From Octopus bimaculoides (Eukaryota), in contig NC_069003.1 in NCBI RefSeq assembly GCF_001194135.2, forward strand, positions 16,840,192-16,876,614: 36,423 bases of DNA, written 5' to 3'. The stretch's first letter is position 1. The number at the start of each line of letters is the position of its first letter. Positions 1 to 11,418 of the stretch are shown here, piece after piece. The position numbers and the translations under genes were made by a program. The notes beneath the pieces are model-generated. The model saw nothing but the letters and a program-made list of their open reading frames with translations. It made no database searches and had not been told where the DNA came from.

Positions 1-47
1 TGATAGATCTTTCGGACTTTCACAGAAGTCAAATTGTTTGTATCCGT

Positions 48-1403
48 ATGGCAGGCGCTAGCCTAATGAAAACAGCCGAAATGTTTGGTGTATCAAGAAG
101 TACTGTCTCGAAAATAAAGACAACCTTTCAGAAAGAGGGGAAAAAACCTCCTTGTCGAAACAAAACTCCAGAAGAAAACCAAAACTTTCAGATAAGGACT
201 GCTAGACTCTTACACGATTTGTTAGAAAATATCACAAAAGTACAGCTCCCAAAATTACTGCAGAGCTTAATGACCACTTCGAGAACCCAGTTTCCACAAA
301 ACTGTTCCCGGGAGCTGCACAAAGCCGGATGTCACGGGGGCGCTGCGATCAGAAAACCATTACTTTCAAAAACAAACGTTTCAAAGCATTTAGAGTGGAG
401 TAAAAACCTACAGAATTGGTCCTTAGAGCAGTGGAAGAATGTAATTTTCTCGGACGAGTCATCCTTTACTTTATTTCTAACTACCGGCCAAGTATACGTG
501 TGGAGACAGCCAAAAGAAGCATTTGACCAGGACTGCCTTCTTCCAACTGTTAAACATAGAAGAGGATCTGTGATGATCTTGGGTTGGGGAGCTATATCTT
601 GGAAATCCGCCAGCCCAATGGTTTCTCTTCATGACAGAATTAATAGTCAATACTATTTAAGCATTTTATCTGACCAAATTCATCCTATGGTTGCGGAACT
701 GATTCCGGAGGGAAACGCAATCTTTCAGGATGATAAATGCACCAACTCACACCGTTAAACTTGTTACCTAATGGCATGAGGAACATTCTCGTAAAGTTGA
801 ACATCTTATCTGGCCACCACAGTCAACAGATCTCAATATTATTGAACCTTTATGGTGCAGTTTAGAAAAACAAGTAAGGAATCGATATCCCCCACCATCA
901 TCACTACAAAAACAGGAGACTGTTTTAGCTGAAGAATAGACAAAAATTCCTTTGGAAACAATTCAATCTTTGTATGAGTCTGTAGTAACGCCGTGCGCAT
1001 GCGTAGTCTCACGCATGCGTGGAATTAAACAAGCAAGTGTTCCCGCTTAATTCTATCTCTTTTACGGTCGGCCGACCATGAGCATGGACGTAATAAGCTG
1101 TCTCTCTACATCTTTCGGACTTACGCTCGACAGCTCGCTTGCAACTACATACCCACGTCCCAACAACTATGCTCACACACAACAGAAGCTGTAACAACAA
1201 GAACTAAAGATGTATATATTTACCACCTGAATAAATGTTGTTTAAGTTGATAGTCTGGAGTTCAGCGTTCCGTTATATTCTAATTTTATAGTAGGAAAGT
1301 CAGGTATACATCTAAAGATGTATAACCCACTTTCTACTAAAAGTCCATACCTCGTAGAATTCAAGCTGTAATTACTTCCAAAGGCGGTCCTACCCCATAT
1401 TAA
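48..1403 (+). pseudogene. Disrupted Tc1 DDE transposase
   Basis: ORF 48..758 has an HTH start, FSDESSF and IFQDD. After a frameshift it continues WPPQSTDLNIIE..IQSLYES, then resumes after the insertion as IPRRIQAVITSKGGPTPY* (stop 1401-1403). Confidence 0.9.
981..1341 (+). mobile_element. Solo LTR (361 bp), probably Gypsy-type
   Basis: Termini TGTAGTA / TACTAAA form a 7-bp inverted repeat with one mismatch. It is flanked by a 4-bp TSD AGTC (977-980, 1342-1345) and has AATAAA near 1230. Removing it restores YESIP in the transposase. Confidence 0.8.
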
Positions 1404-2401
1404 AATAAATTTGTTGGAGATTTTGAGGTGTTTCCTTTATTTTGTCTAACCTCTGTATATATGTAAATGTTTGTGNNNNNNNNNNNNNNNNNNNNNNNNN
1501 NNNNNNNNNNNNNNNNNNNNNNNNNNNNNNNNNNNNNNNNNNNNNNNNNNNNNNNNNNNNNNNNNNNNNNNNNNNNNNNNNNNNNNNNNNNNNNNNNNNN
1601 NNNNNNNNNNNNNNNNNNNNNNNNNNNNNNNNNNNNNNNNNNNNNNNNNNNNNNNNNNNNNNNNNNNNNNNNNNNNNNNNNNNNNNNNNNNNNNNNNNNN
1701 NNNNNNNNNNNNNNNNNNNNNNNNNNNNNNNNNNNNNNNNNNNNNNNNNNNNNNNNNNNNNNNNNNNNNNNNNNNNNNNNNNNNNNNNNNNNNNNNNNNN
1801 NNNNNNNNNNNNNNNNNNNNNNNNNNNNNNNNNNNNNNNNNNNNNNNNNNNNNNNNNNNNNNNNNNNNNNNNNNNNNNNNNNNNNNNNNNNNNNNNNNNN
1901 NNNNNNNNNNNNNNNNNNNNNNNNNNNNNNNNNNNNNNNNNNNNNNNNNNNNNNNNNNNNNNNNNNNNNNNNNNNNNNNNNNNNNNNNNNNNNNNNNNNN
2001 NNNNNNNNNNNNNNNNNNNNNNNNNNNNNNNNNNNNNNNNNNNNNNNNNNNNNNNNNNNNNNNNNNNNNNNNNNNNNNNNNNNNNNNNNNNNNNNNNNNN
2101 NNNNNNNNNNNNNNNNNNNNNNNNNNNNNNNNNNNNNNNNNNNNNNNNNNNNNNNNNNNNNNNNNNNNNNNNNNNNNNNNNNNNNNNNNNNNNNNNNNNN
2201 NNNNNNNNNNNNNNNNNNNNNNNNNNNNNNNNNNNNNNNNNNNNNNNNNNNNNNNNNNNNNNNNNNNNNNNNNNNNNNNNNNNNNNNNNNNNNNNNNNNN
2301 NNNNNNNNNNNNNNNNNNNNNNNNNNNNNNNNNNNNNNNNNNNNNNNNNNNNNNNNNNNNNNNNNNNNNNNNNNNNNNNNNNNNNNNNNNNNNNNNNNNN
2401 N

Positions 2402-2906
2402 GTATGAGTCTGTAGTAACGCCGTGCGCATGCGTAGTCTCACGCATGCGTGGAATTAAACAAGCAAGTGTTCCCGCTTAATTCTATCTCTTTTACGGTCG
2501 GCCGACCATGAGCATGGACGTAATAAGCTGTCTCTCTACATCTTTCGGACTTACGCTCGACAGCTCGCTTGCAACTACATACCCACGTCCCAACAACTAT
2601 GCTCACACACAACAGAAGCTGTAACAACAAGAACTAAAGATGTATATATTTACCACCTGAATAAATGTTGTTTAAGTTGATAGTCTGGAGTTCAGCGTTC
2701 CGTTATATTCTAATTTTATAGTAGGAAAGTCAGGTATACATCTAAAGATGTATAACCCACTTTCTACTAAAAGTCCATACCTCGTAGAATTCAAGCTGTA
2801 ATTACTTCCAAAGGCGGTCCTACCCCATATTAAAATAAATTTGTTGGAGATTTTGAGGTGTTTCCTTTATTTTGTCTAACCTCTGTATATATGTAAATGT
2901 TTGTGT
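2402..2906 (+). repeat. Apparently exact duplicate of 972..1476 across an N gap (probable assembly artefact)
   Basis: Same sequence at offset 1430, including the LTR, both flanks and the Tc1 end. Confidence 0.85.
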
Positions 2907-3050
2907 GTCTGTGTTTGTTGCCACCATCACTTGACAACCAATGATGGTGTGTTTACGTCCCCGTAAATTAATGGTACGGCAAAAGAGGCCGATAGAATAA
3001 GTCCTGGGGTGCAGTCAAAATGACTGAAACAAGTAAAAGAATAAAAGAAT
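2907..3050 (+). mobile_element. 3' half of octopus-type tRNA-derived SINE (family A)
   Basis: Matches the 3' part of the copy at 9930-10115 (CTTGACAACC..GTGTTTACGTCCCC..CAGTCAAAATGACTGAAAC) and has an (AAAAGART)n-like tail. Confidence 0.8.
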
Positions 3051-3053
3051 ATC

Positions 3054-3103
<50 letters not shown>
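3054..3103. repeat. Compound (TA)n(CA)n(TA)n microsatellite
   Basis: Seen directly in the sequence. Confidence 0.95.
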
Positions 3104-5150
3104 CAACGTTGGCTACGTTGAGGCCCAAATATTCTCAAGTTTCACCGGTCCCACTCCCGAACTATGCGGCCATTATATTGACGACTGTATTGGTGCAACC
3201 TCACTCTCCCACGAACATCTAGTCAAATCATTCCATCCTGCCCTCCACTTCTCCAGCACTATCGCTGACACCTCTGTCTCCTTTCTTGACATTTCGGTCA
3301 GCATCCATCACTCCACTCTCACCACCTCCATCCACTACAAACACACAGACTCACGCTGATACCTCAACTTCTCCTCCTCCCACCCTAAACATACCAAGCT
3401 TTCCATCCCCTATTCCAAATTCCTCCGTCTACGCAGGCTCTGTAGTGACGACCATGTCTTTGAGACTCAGTCTCAACTCATGGCTCACCACTTCATCCTA
3501 CGTGGATATCCCCTCCCCACTATCCTCACCGCCCTTACCAGAGCACGTTCTGTGGACTGTGCATCTGCTCTCTCCCCCGCACCTGCTCCGCCGTCTCCCT
3601 TCCCCCTCACCTACCACCCCACCATCCNNNNNNNNNNNNNNNNNNNNNNNNNNNNNNNNNNNNNNNNNNNNNNNNNNNNNNNNNNNNNNNNNNNNNNNNN
3701 NNNNNNNNNNNNNNNNNNNNNNNNNNNNNNNNNNNNNNNNNNNNNNNNNNNNNNNNNNNNNNNNNNNNNNNNNNNNNNNNNNNNNNNNNNNNNNNNNNNN
3801 NNNNNNNNNNNNNNNNNNNNNNNNNNNNNNNNNNNNNNNNNNNNNNNNNNNNNNNNNNNNNNNNNNNNNNNNNNNNNNNNNNNNNNNNNNNNNNNNNNNN
3901 NNNNNNNNNNNNNNNNNNNNNNNNNNNNNNNNNNNNNNNNNNNNNNNNNNNNNNNNNNNNNNNNNNNNNNNNNNNNNNNNNNNNNNNNNNNNNNNNNNNN
4001 NNNNNNNNNNNNNNNNNNNNNNNNNNNNNNNNNNNNNNNNNNNNNNNNNNNNNNNNNNNNNNNNNNNNNNNNNNNNNNNNNNNNNNNNNNNNNNNNNNNN
4101 NNNNNNNNNNNNNNNNNNNNNNNNNNNNNNCTGCTCTCTCTGCCCTTCTCTATACATCAGGCAAACGGGACGCCGCTTAGCTGACCGGTTCGTGGAACAC
4201 CTCCGAGACATCCGACTCGGCAATGACACCCCGGTCTCGCGCCATTTCCGCTCTACCGGTCACTCTTTCCAACACCTGTCTGTGTTCGGATTGTCCTTGC
4301 ACAGGGGCCATCCGGACTCCCGTTTGCGCTGTGAACAGAGATTACTCTTTTCTCTTCGCTCCTTTGCGCCATATGGGCTCAACTCTCTTCCCTTCTTCAT
4401 GTAACCTCCTCCCTCTCTTCTCTCCCCTTCACACTTACTTTCTCCCACCCACCTCTCCCCTCTTGCTCCGACTCCTACTTCTCTTCACTGTTACTCTCGT
4501 TCTCTCTTCTCTTCATTCCTACCCACCTTCTCCCTTCATCGTCATCCCTCCCTCTGTAACGCCACCCACCCCTACACAATCCAACCCCACCTTCCCTATC
4601 CATCCCATCCCTTATACCCAACCTCTACTCACACATTCAACCTAACCCACACCCCACCCTTGCTTTCCCCACTCTCGCCTCCTCCATCTCCCAACACCAC
4701 ACCACACACCACTACACCATACACCACTATACCACATCACATCACACCACCACGCACACACCAGCACTGACCACTTCCCAGCCACACATCCACACACCTA
4801 CACATACACACACGCACACGTCAAGGTCACCAGCCCTCTTCTACGTGCACATACATACTCTCTTATACGCACGCACGCGCACCTTCGTTTTGGGATCACC
4901 ACTACTTTATTATCTCCCCTTCTTCCTAGCTCTCCTGTGTGACCCCTCTGTCAGGCATTCCCCATGATAGATCGCTAGCCACTACACATTATTTATTTTC
5001 TCTCCTTGTTTCTTTCTGTGTTCCTTTCTGTGGAAGAGCGTAGGCTCAAAACGTTAAAGACTTTTTCACTTCCCGAGCGTTAAACTAATACATCTGTTTG
5101 TTGTCTACAACACCTATCTTCGTCTTTTGTTTTTTTTTTCTGAATTCTTC
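3104..5150 (+). mobile_element. Penelope-like element (Neptune-like), 5'-truncated, with a C/T- and C/A-rich 3' region
   Basis: RT C-terminus and GIY-YIG domain, then low-complexity sequence at 4405-4900 and a tail ending at (TA)n near 5152. Confidence 0.8.
3105..4404 (+). pseudogene. PLE reverse transcriptase C-terminus plus GIY-YIG endonuclease (gap-interrupted, in-frame stop)
   Basis: YIDD at 3174-3185, SFLDISV, SSHPKHTKLSIPYSKFLRLRRLCS and RGYP. After the gap: CSLCPSLYIRQTGRRLADRFVEH..HF..EQRLLFSL. Confidence 0.88.
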
Positions 5151-5165
5151 CCCTATATATATATA

Positions 5166-5558
5166 TATTCTTTAATTTTTTAATTCTCTAACTTGTTTCA
5201 GTCACTTGACTACGGACATGCTGGATCACCGCCTTTAGTCAAATAAATCGGCCTCAGGACTTATTCTATCAATCTTTTATGCTGAACCACTAAGTTACGT
5301 AAACACCAACATTAGATGGCAAGCGATGGTGGTGGTGGTGGGACAAACACAGACATACACATGCACACACACACACAAATACATACATATGTGTGTGTGT
5401 GTGTGTGTATACGACGGACTTTCAGTTTCCGTCTACCAAATCCACTCACAAGGCTTTGGTTGGCCCGGGGCTATAGTAGAAGACATCACGCAGTGGGACT
5501 GAACCCGGAGCCTTGTGGTTGGGAAGCAAGATTCTTACCACACACCCACGCTTGCGCC
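5166..5558 (-). mobile_element. Full-length family A SINE
   Basis: The tRNA-like head starts GGCGCAAG at 5558 and carries A/B-box-like motifs. There is an internal (CA/TG)n tract and a 3' TGACTGAAACAAG tail. Confidence 0.85.
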
Positions 5559-5712
5559 TATATATATATATATATNNNNNNNNNNNNNNNNNNNNNNNNN
5601 NNNNNNNNNNNNNNNNNNNNNNNNNNNNNNNNNNNNNNNNNNNNNNNNNNNNNNNNNNNNNNNNNNNNNNNNNNNNNNNNNNNNNNNNNNNNNNNNNNNN
5701 NNNNNNNNNNNN

Positions 5713-5746
<34 letters not shown>

Positions 5747-5759
5747 GCCATCTTATATT

Positions 5760-6272
5760 TTTTGATGCCATTTTATATTTTTAATTTCACGCATGCGTAT
5801 TGATTGCTTTTGATTTTGCCGACCATGCAGTATAGGAGGGCACCGTTAGTGAGAAAAACAGCACCATGACGCAGTTCACTATGCCAGAAAATTGAAAGCG
5901 ACATACTGTGCTACTTGACATTTGCGCCGGAAGCTCCAGTACGAACATTTCAGAGTGTTTGGGTGTTAATCTGAGGACATGTACCGAGAGTGATAAAAAT
6001 CAAATATCCAGTCAACATCATGGTGTTTGGAGTGATCACAAGAGATGGTGATGCTATGCCTCCATGCATCTTCCCACACGGCCTCAAACTCAACATGGAG
6101 ACCTACATCAAGTGCCTGAAGGAGGTAGTGCTACCTTGAGTGAAGAGGGTGGCTGCTGGCAGAACCTATGTTTGGTAACAGGACTCTGCACCCATGCCAC
6201 ACAACTAGGAGAACCCAGTCATGGCTGTCAGACAATCTCTGCGACCACATCACCCCTAACTCTCCAATGTAA
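5760..6272 (+). mobile_element. Degenerate, internally deleted mariner-like (maT/DD37D-type) transposase fragment
   Basis: From ~6002 it translates KYPVNIMVFGVITRDGDAMPPCIFPHGLKLNMETYIKCLKEVVLP*VKRVAAGRTYVW*QDSAP, then after a frameshift CHTTRRTQSWLSDNLCDHITPN. Confidence 0.8.
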
Positions 6273-6943
6273 GTAGTTGTCATGACAACTACGTACACTG
6301 GAGAGATAGCACGCAGCATAAGAGAGCATATAGTGAACACTGGCGAGAGCTCAAAGAAGAAAAATGCTCGTAAGAGCTCTACCAACATGCTCAAGCAGAA
6401 CATAGATATTCAGTCAATAGAATAGAGGTTAAAGTATTATCAACGAATAGAACTGACACAACACTTAGATCAGAGGCTACACATTAGACAGACCGAGCCT
6501 CAACAGAAAACACGAATGGAACAATAACACCCACCACCACACCACACACACAACATGACAACTAATGACTAAAGACTGAAAGGAGAAAAATCATACAAAC
6601 ATCGCAATACACATACAATAGGCATATATGCACATACCTATGGTAAGTATTAAAAAAATAGAAAAAAGAACTATATAAAAACTATTAAAAACCTATATAA
6701 AGGGCACGGATACAAACAACATAGGAAGCGAACTCATATACACACACCAACACACATGGTAACTTCACAGACGGCTGCAACAATATCAACAACATGACTA
6801 TTAACAGCAACACCATCTGCCACGATGGCGGCAGCATCGGCGAACACACAAACATAGTAAGTTACAAAAACGGTACAAGGCAGCAGCAGCAACGGGATAG
6901 GGGATGGGGCTGAGGGAAGGGTCATAGTGCTACTAAGAACAAT

Positions 6944-6959
6944 CACACACACACACACA

Positions 6960-6997
<38 letters not shown>

Positions 6998-7017
6998 CTC
7001 TCTCTCACACACACACA

Positions 7018-7105
<88 letters not shown>
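6944..7105. repeat. Compound (CA)n/(CT)n microsatellite
   Basis: Seen directly in the sequence. Confidence 0.95.
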
Positions 7106-7106
<1 letters not shown>

Positions 7107-7185
7107 ATGCATGCGCATATAAGGATACACACCATAGAAGAACCGAATGGAAAAAGCAGAGCAAGAACACACATGAAGACGGAAA

Positions 7186-7231
7186 GTGTCGCTGAGGAAG
7201 CCACAGATGTATGACGAAAGATTTCCAGACA
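7186..7231 (+). ncRNA. Decayed type I hammerhead ribozyme motif
   Basis: CTGAGGA (7192-7198), A, stem II GCCACA/TATGAC (4 of 6 paired), GAAA (7216-7219), then GATTTC. Helix I is TGTCG/CAGACA with one bulge. Confidence 0.45.
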
Positions 7232-7404
7232 ATGGACATAAGTTAGAATAAGAACAGTAATAAACGAGTGAAGAACGAATATATAGTGCGTATGTTTATT
7301 TGGCAAAATAAAAAACCAAAAAATGACCATCCCGTAATACAAGAATATCTGTTTCAACACACGACTTCACATCAGGAATCTTGCAACACAAATTCATAAA
7401 CGTA

Positions 7405-7608
7405 TATTTATATTCTTTTCCATTTATTTTCTTATTTGTTTCTCTCATTTGACTCAGGCCTTGCCGGTATGTAAGCCTGGTATTTATTCTATTGGTCTCT
7501 TGCCGAGTTGCTAGATTACGGGGACATAAACACACCAACATCAGCTGTCAAGTGATGGCAGGGGCACAAACTTAGACATAAAGACACACACACACACACA
7601 CACACACA
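7405..7608 (-). mobile_element. Degenerate 3' half of family A SINE
   Basis: TATTCTATTGGTCTCTTGCCGAGTTGCTAGATTACGGGGACATAAACACACC matches the other minus-strand copies. Confidence 0.7.
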
Positions 7609-7804
7609 CAGTACTCCATTGCCATATCGTGGTTTATTATTTAAGCTTACGTCGATTCTTCCGAGGTGTTGCTTTGCATATATAATAAAATAAATATATA
7701 CAAATTATAAAAAAATATATAGTACAGTACTGTTTCTACTTTGCAGGTTTTCATCTATCGAGGGGTTTTGGAACGTAACACCCGCGATAGTCAAAGGATT
7801 ACTG
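7609..7804. mobile_element. Tigger/pogo-derived MITE
   Basis: Imperfect TIRs: CAGTACTCCATTGCCATATCGTGG on the left and reverse-complement CAGTAATCCTTTGACTATCGCGG on the right. TA follows at 7805-7806. Confidence 0.55.
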
Positions 7805-8419
7805 TATGTATATATATATATATNNNNNNNNNNNNNNNNNNNNNNNNNNNNNNNNNNNNNNNNNNNNNNNNNNNNNNNNNNNNNNNNNNNNNNNNNNNNN
7901 NNNNNNNNNNNNNNNNNNNNNNNNNNNNNNNNNNNNNNNNNNNNNNNNNNNNNNNNNNNNNNNNNNNNNNNNNNNNNNNNNNNNNNNNNNNNNNNNNNNN
8001 NNNNNNNNNNNNNNNNNNNNNNNNNNNNNNNNNNNNNNNNNNNNNNNNNNNNNNNNNNNNNNNNNNNNNNNNNNNNNNNNNNNNNNNNNNNNNNNNNNNN
8101 NNNNNNNNNNNNNNNNNNNNNNNNNNNNNNNNNNNNNNNNNNNNNNNNNNNNNNNNNNNNNNNNNNNNNNNNNNNNNNNNNNNNNNNNNNNNNNNNNNNN
8201 NNNNNNNNNNNNNNNNNNNNNNNNNNNNNNNNNNNNNNNNNNNNNNNNNNNNNNNNNNNNNNNNNNNNNNNNNNNNNNNNNNNNNNNNNNNNNNNNNNNN
8301 NNNNNNNNNNNNNNNNNNNNNNNNNNNNNNNNNNNNNNNNNNNNNNNNNNNNNNNNNNNNNNNNNNNNNNNNNNNNNNNNNNNNNNNNNNNNNNNNNNNN
8401 NNNNNNNNNNNNNNNNNNA

Positions 8420-8867
8420 CCCACCCACCCACACATTACACACCACACTCTAATATAAAACCCTCTACGACCTTAACCAACACAGTAAGAAAACAGACCA
8501 ATGAACACCCCTGGAAAAAGTTTTGCATATGATACCACTACAATTATCACACACCCCATCTTCACAGAAGCACCACATTTAATAATGCACACTTTCCCCA
8601 CACACAATTCAAGATAACTCTTACCAGCCTTACAGCAAACCCAGCCAAGCGACACAACACCACCTTTTACACAGCAGCTGCAAACCGGATGTGTTAATTC
8701 ACCTCTGACAATAGAGAGCAGTCACCATATTCCCTTCCATATTGGCTAACTCTGATGAGTGTAAGGTTATATAATTTGATTGTTACCTAATACTCCATTA
8801 TATTCCTTGTGCGAAACCGATTGGTAAGATCAGCCGTGATGGATATATAATACTGTAATTTCGGATC
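8420..8867 (+). mobile_element. PLE-type 3' tail (left end in a gap) carrying a hammerhead ribozyme
   Basis: C/A-rich segment, hammerhead at 8744-8835, and an end at GGATC (8863-8867) abutting (AT)n. Confidence 0.6.
8744..8835 (+). ncRNA. Type I hammerhead ribozyme with complete core
   Basis: CTGATGA 8752-8758. Helix II GTGTAAGG/CCTTGTGC (8 bp, 3 G-U) plus ATATAAT/ATTATAT. GAAA 8813-8816. Helix III CCG-AT-TGG. GUA triplet 8824-8826. Helix I GGCTAACT/AGATCAGCC. Confidence 0.8.
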
Positions 8868-8890
8868 ATATATATATATATATATATATA

Positions 8891-10115
8891 GGCGCAGGAG
8901 TAGCCGTGTGGTAAGCAGCTTGCTTACCAACTACATGGTTCAGGGTTCAGTCCCACTGCGTGGCACCTTGGGCAAGTGTTTCTACTATAGCTTCGGGCTG
9001 ACCAAAGCCTTGTGAGTGGATTTGGTAGATGGAAACTGAAAGAAACCCGTCGTAGCTGATGAAGGGGATGTTTCTATGTGGCCTGCTTGTTTGTTGCACC
9101 TTGTTTACCATTTTGTCCTTGTTCTTTTGCCACGTCATGTACCCAGTTATGTATCTATATGTACATGTGGATGAACGTATATACATACATGTACATATAT
9201 ATGCATATACTCATATATTGTTTGTATCACGACAGAACGCACGCGTNNNNNNNNNNNNNNNNNNNNNNNNNNNNNNNNNNNNNNNNNNNNNNNNNNNNNN
9301 NNNNNNNNNNNNNNNNNNNNNNNNNNNNNNNNNNNNNNNNNNNNNNNNNNNNNNNNNNNNNNNNNNNNNNNNNNNNNNNNNNNNNNNNNNNNNNNNNNNN
9401 NNNNNNNNNNNNNNNNNNNNNNNNNNNNNNNNNNNNNNNNNNNNNNNNNNNNNNNNNNNNNNNNNNNNNNNNNNNNNNNNNNNNNNNNNNNNNNNNNNNN
9501 NNNNNNNNNNNNNNNNNNNNNNNNNNNNNNNNNNNNNNNNNNNNNNNNNNNNNNNNNNNNNNNNNNNNNNNNNNNNNNNNNNNNNNNNNNNNNNNNNNNN
9601 NNNNNNNNNNNNNNNNNNNNNNNNNNNNNNNNNNNNNNNNNNNNNNNNNNNNNNNNNNNNNNNNNNNNNNNNNCAAAGCCTTGTGAGTGGATTTGGTAGA
9701 TGGAAACTGAAAGAAACCCGTCGTAGCTGATGAAGGGGATGTTTCTATGTGGCCTGCTTGTTTGTTGCACCTTGTTTACCATTTTGTCCTTGTTCTTTTG
9801 CCACGTCATGTACCCAGTTATGTATCTATATGTACATGTGGATGAGCGTATATACATACATGTACATATATATGCATATACTCATATATTGTTTATATAT
9901 ATATATATATATATATGTATGCGTGTGTGCGTTCGTGTCTGTGTTTGTCCCCCCAACATCGCTTGACAACCGATGGTGGTGTGTTTACGTCCCCATAACT
10001 TAGCGGTTTGGCAAGAGACCGATAGAATAAGTAATACGCTTACAAAGAATAAGTCCTGGGGTCGCTTTGGTCGATTGAAAGCGGTGCTCCAGCATGTCTG
10101 CAGTCAAATGACTGA
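8891..10115 (+). mobile_element. Family A SINE interrupted by a PLE-like tail, an N gap and a false duplication
   Basis: Head 8891-9054 has A box TAGCCGTGTGG and B box GGTTCAGTCCC. The 3' half is ~9920-10115. 9003..9223 is duplicated at 9674..9894. Confidence 0.85.
9055..9223 (+). mobile_element. Short insertion (probable PLE tail) at the SINE internal (TA)n tract
   Basis: Absent from the other SINE copies. It starts G-CTGATGAAGG, and in the duplicate copy it runs directly into (AT)n at 9895. Confidence 0.5.
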
Positions 10116-10350
10116 AAAAAAATATATATAGGTTAGTTGAGTTAGAGGTTAGAATAACCGTCTAAGGGATAGAAAGTATCCATTACACTGCTGGTATATT
10201 ACCTATATTTAACCATGGACATACATATGCAAACATACTATGTTCATAAGTTATGGGTAAAGACAAGGGTAAACATGAGTTTATTAAGAATCAGAATTTA
10301 AAGAAAACAGAAAACGGAGAAATACTGATTAACAATTGACTTATATCAAT

Positions 10351-10660
10351 TCTTTTATTCTTTCACTTATTTCAGTCATTTGACTGCGGCCATGCTGAAG
10401 CACCGCCTTTAGTTGAGCCATTCGATCCCAGGACTTATTCTTTGTAAGCCTAGTACCTATTCTATCGGTCTCTTTCGCCGAACTGCTAAGTTACGAGTAC
10501 GTAAACACACCAGCATCGGTTGTCAAGCGATGCTGGAGAGACAAACACACACACCGAGGCTAAAATAGAAGACACTTGCCCAAGGTGCCACGCAGTAGGA
10601 CTGAACCCCGAGCCATGTGGTTAGCAAGCAAGCTACTTACCACACGACCACTCCTGCACC
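10351..10660 (-). mobile_element. Family A SINE with an internal deletion
   Basis: Head GGTGCAGGAGTGG at 10660 and tail TTTCAGTCATTTGACTGCGGCCATGCTG. The microsatellite-adjacent part is missing. Confidence 0.85.
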
Positions 10661-10715
10661 ATCTAACAGCTGTTTCTGCTTCCAATGTTATATGGTATTG
10701 CCATTGATATTCAAA

Positions 10716-10960
10716 ATATGTAAAAATATCTATCATATTTGGTAATAAAACCGATCTGAAACAAGGAGCTTCCTCAAAGTGAAGAGTAAATAGAGAAGAG
10801 CACAGAAGAAAAAGGGTAAAGTTGAATATGGTTGTAATCATACCATTTTACTTGTGTGTCTCTTTGGGCCGTTAAGTAAAAGACTAAAACAAAATAGCAA
10901 TTGGTGGATTAATCCTTTTTACAGAGGCAAGGTGGAAGATAGGATGGAAAAAAAAAAAAT
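10716..10960. repeat. Left arm of a ~245-bp inverted repeat whose right arm is split by the Gypsy element
   Basis: Its reverse complement matches 11762..11930 joined to 15706..15759 (roughly 85% by eye). Confidence 0.8.
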
Positions 10961-11418
10961 AGTGGGATACGCCAATAGGTATTAGTCGGGGAAGGGGTGT
11001 AGATACAGTAAGGTTTTATATTAAACATACTATTTTATAATAGTTGTGTTTGGAGTACTAATTAATAGTATTAATCATAATAAAGTACTAATCGGTTAAA
11101 TGCAATTTAATTATTTACTAGTTGGTGGTTAAGTCCTTCTACCTGTTCTTCGAAGTAAGATATGTCAAGGTCCAACGTTCGATGTAATTGGTTGGTTGAA
11201 ATTCAAAAACAAAAGGTCAGCTATTGAGACCATTATACGGGGTAAGATTAGTAAATAAATGAATAGGAAGATGCTATATATTGTAAGGGGTCCTAAAACG
11301 CTTAGTGTAGTAATACTAAGTTAAAAGAATAATATGGAATAAATATTAAGAGATGAACCTGTTCGGACACTTTAGAGGTAAGACGGTTAGGGTTGGAAAA
11401 TGTCCAACAGATTGTTAA

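Larger units (their letters stand above)
1..1455 (+). mobile_element. Tc1-like DNA transposon (5' end outside the window), interrupted by a solo LTR
   Basis: Transposase motifs are listed in the next feature. The 3' end reads ...TTTATTTTGTCTAACCTCTG followed by TA (1456-1457), a Tc1-type CAG.. TIR with a TA target. Confidence 0.9.
6272..7402 (+). mobile_element. 3' portion of a second Penelope-like element (degenerate GIY-YIG plus tail)
   Basis: Frameshifted CSCHDN / YTGEIARSIREH / LYQHAQAEHRYSVNRIEVKVLSTNRTDTTLRSEATH, followed by a C/A-rich tract, a microsatellite and a hammerhead remnant. Confidence 0.6.

Noticed and set aside
1390-2480. Long ORFs here and over the other gaps (e.g. 7705-8532, 9059-9857, 12376-13162, 28392-29152)
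   Set aside because: They consist mostly of X residues translated from N runs.
981-2771. Two identical LTRs around a gap, suggesting a full-length young LTR element
   Set aside because: Both copies carry the same upstream and downstream Tc1 flanks, so this is a duplicated contig end and not a 5'/3' LTR pair.
5024-5061. Hammerhead-like CTGTGGAAGAG..CTCAAAACGTT in the first PLE tail
   Set aside because: Both core segments deviate (no CUGANGA, and CAAAA instead of CGAAA), and helix I is only 4 bp.
6734-7360. ORFs with ERERER / SLSLSL runs
   Set aside because: These are translations of microsatellites.
8891-8965. tRNA genes at SINE heads (also 22937-23018)
   Set aside because: A and B boxes are present, but there is no well-paired acceptor stem, and each head continues into a SINE body.
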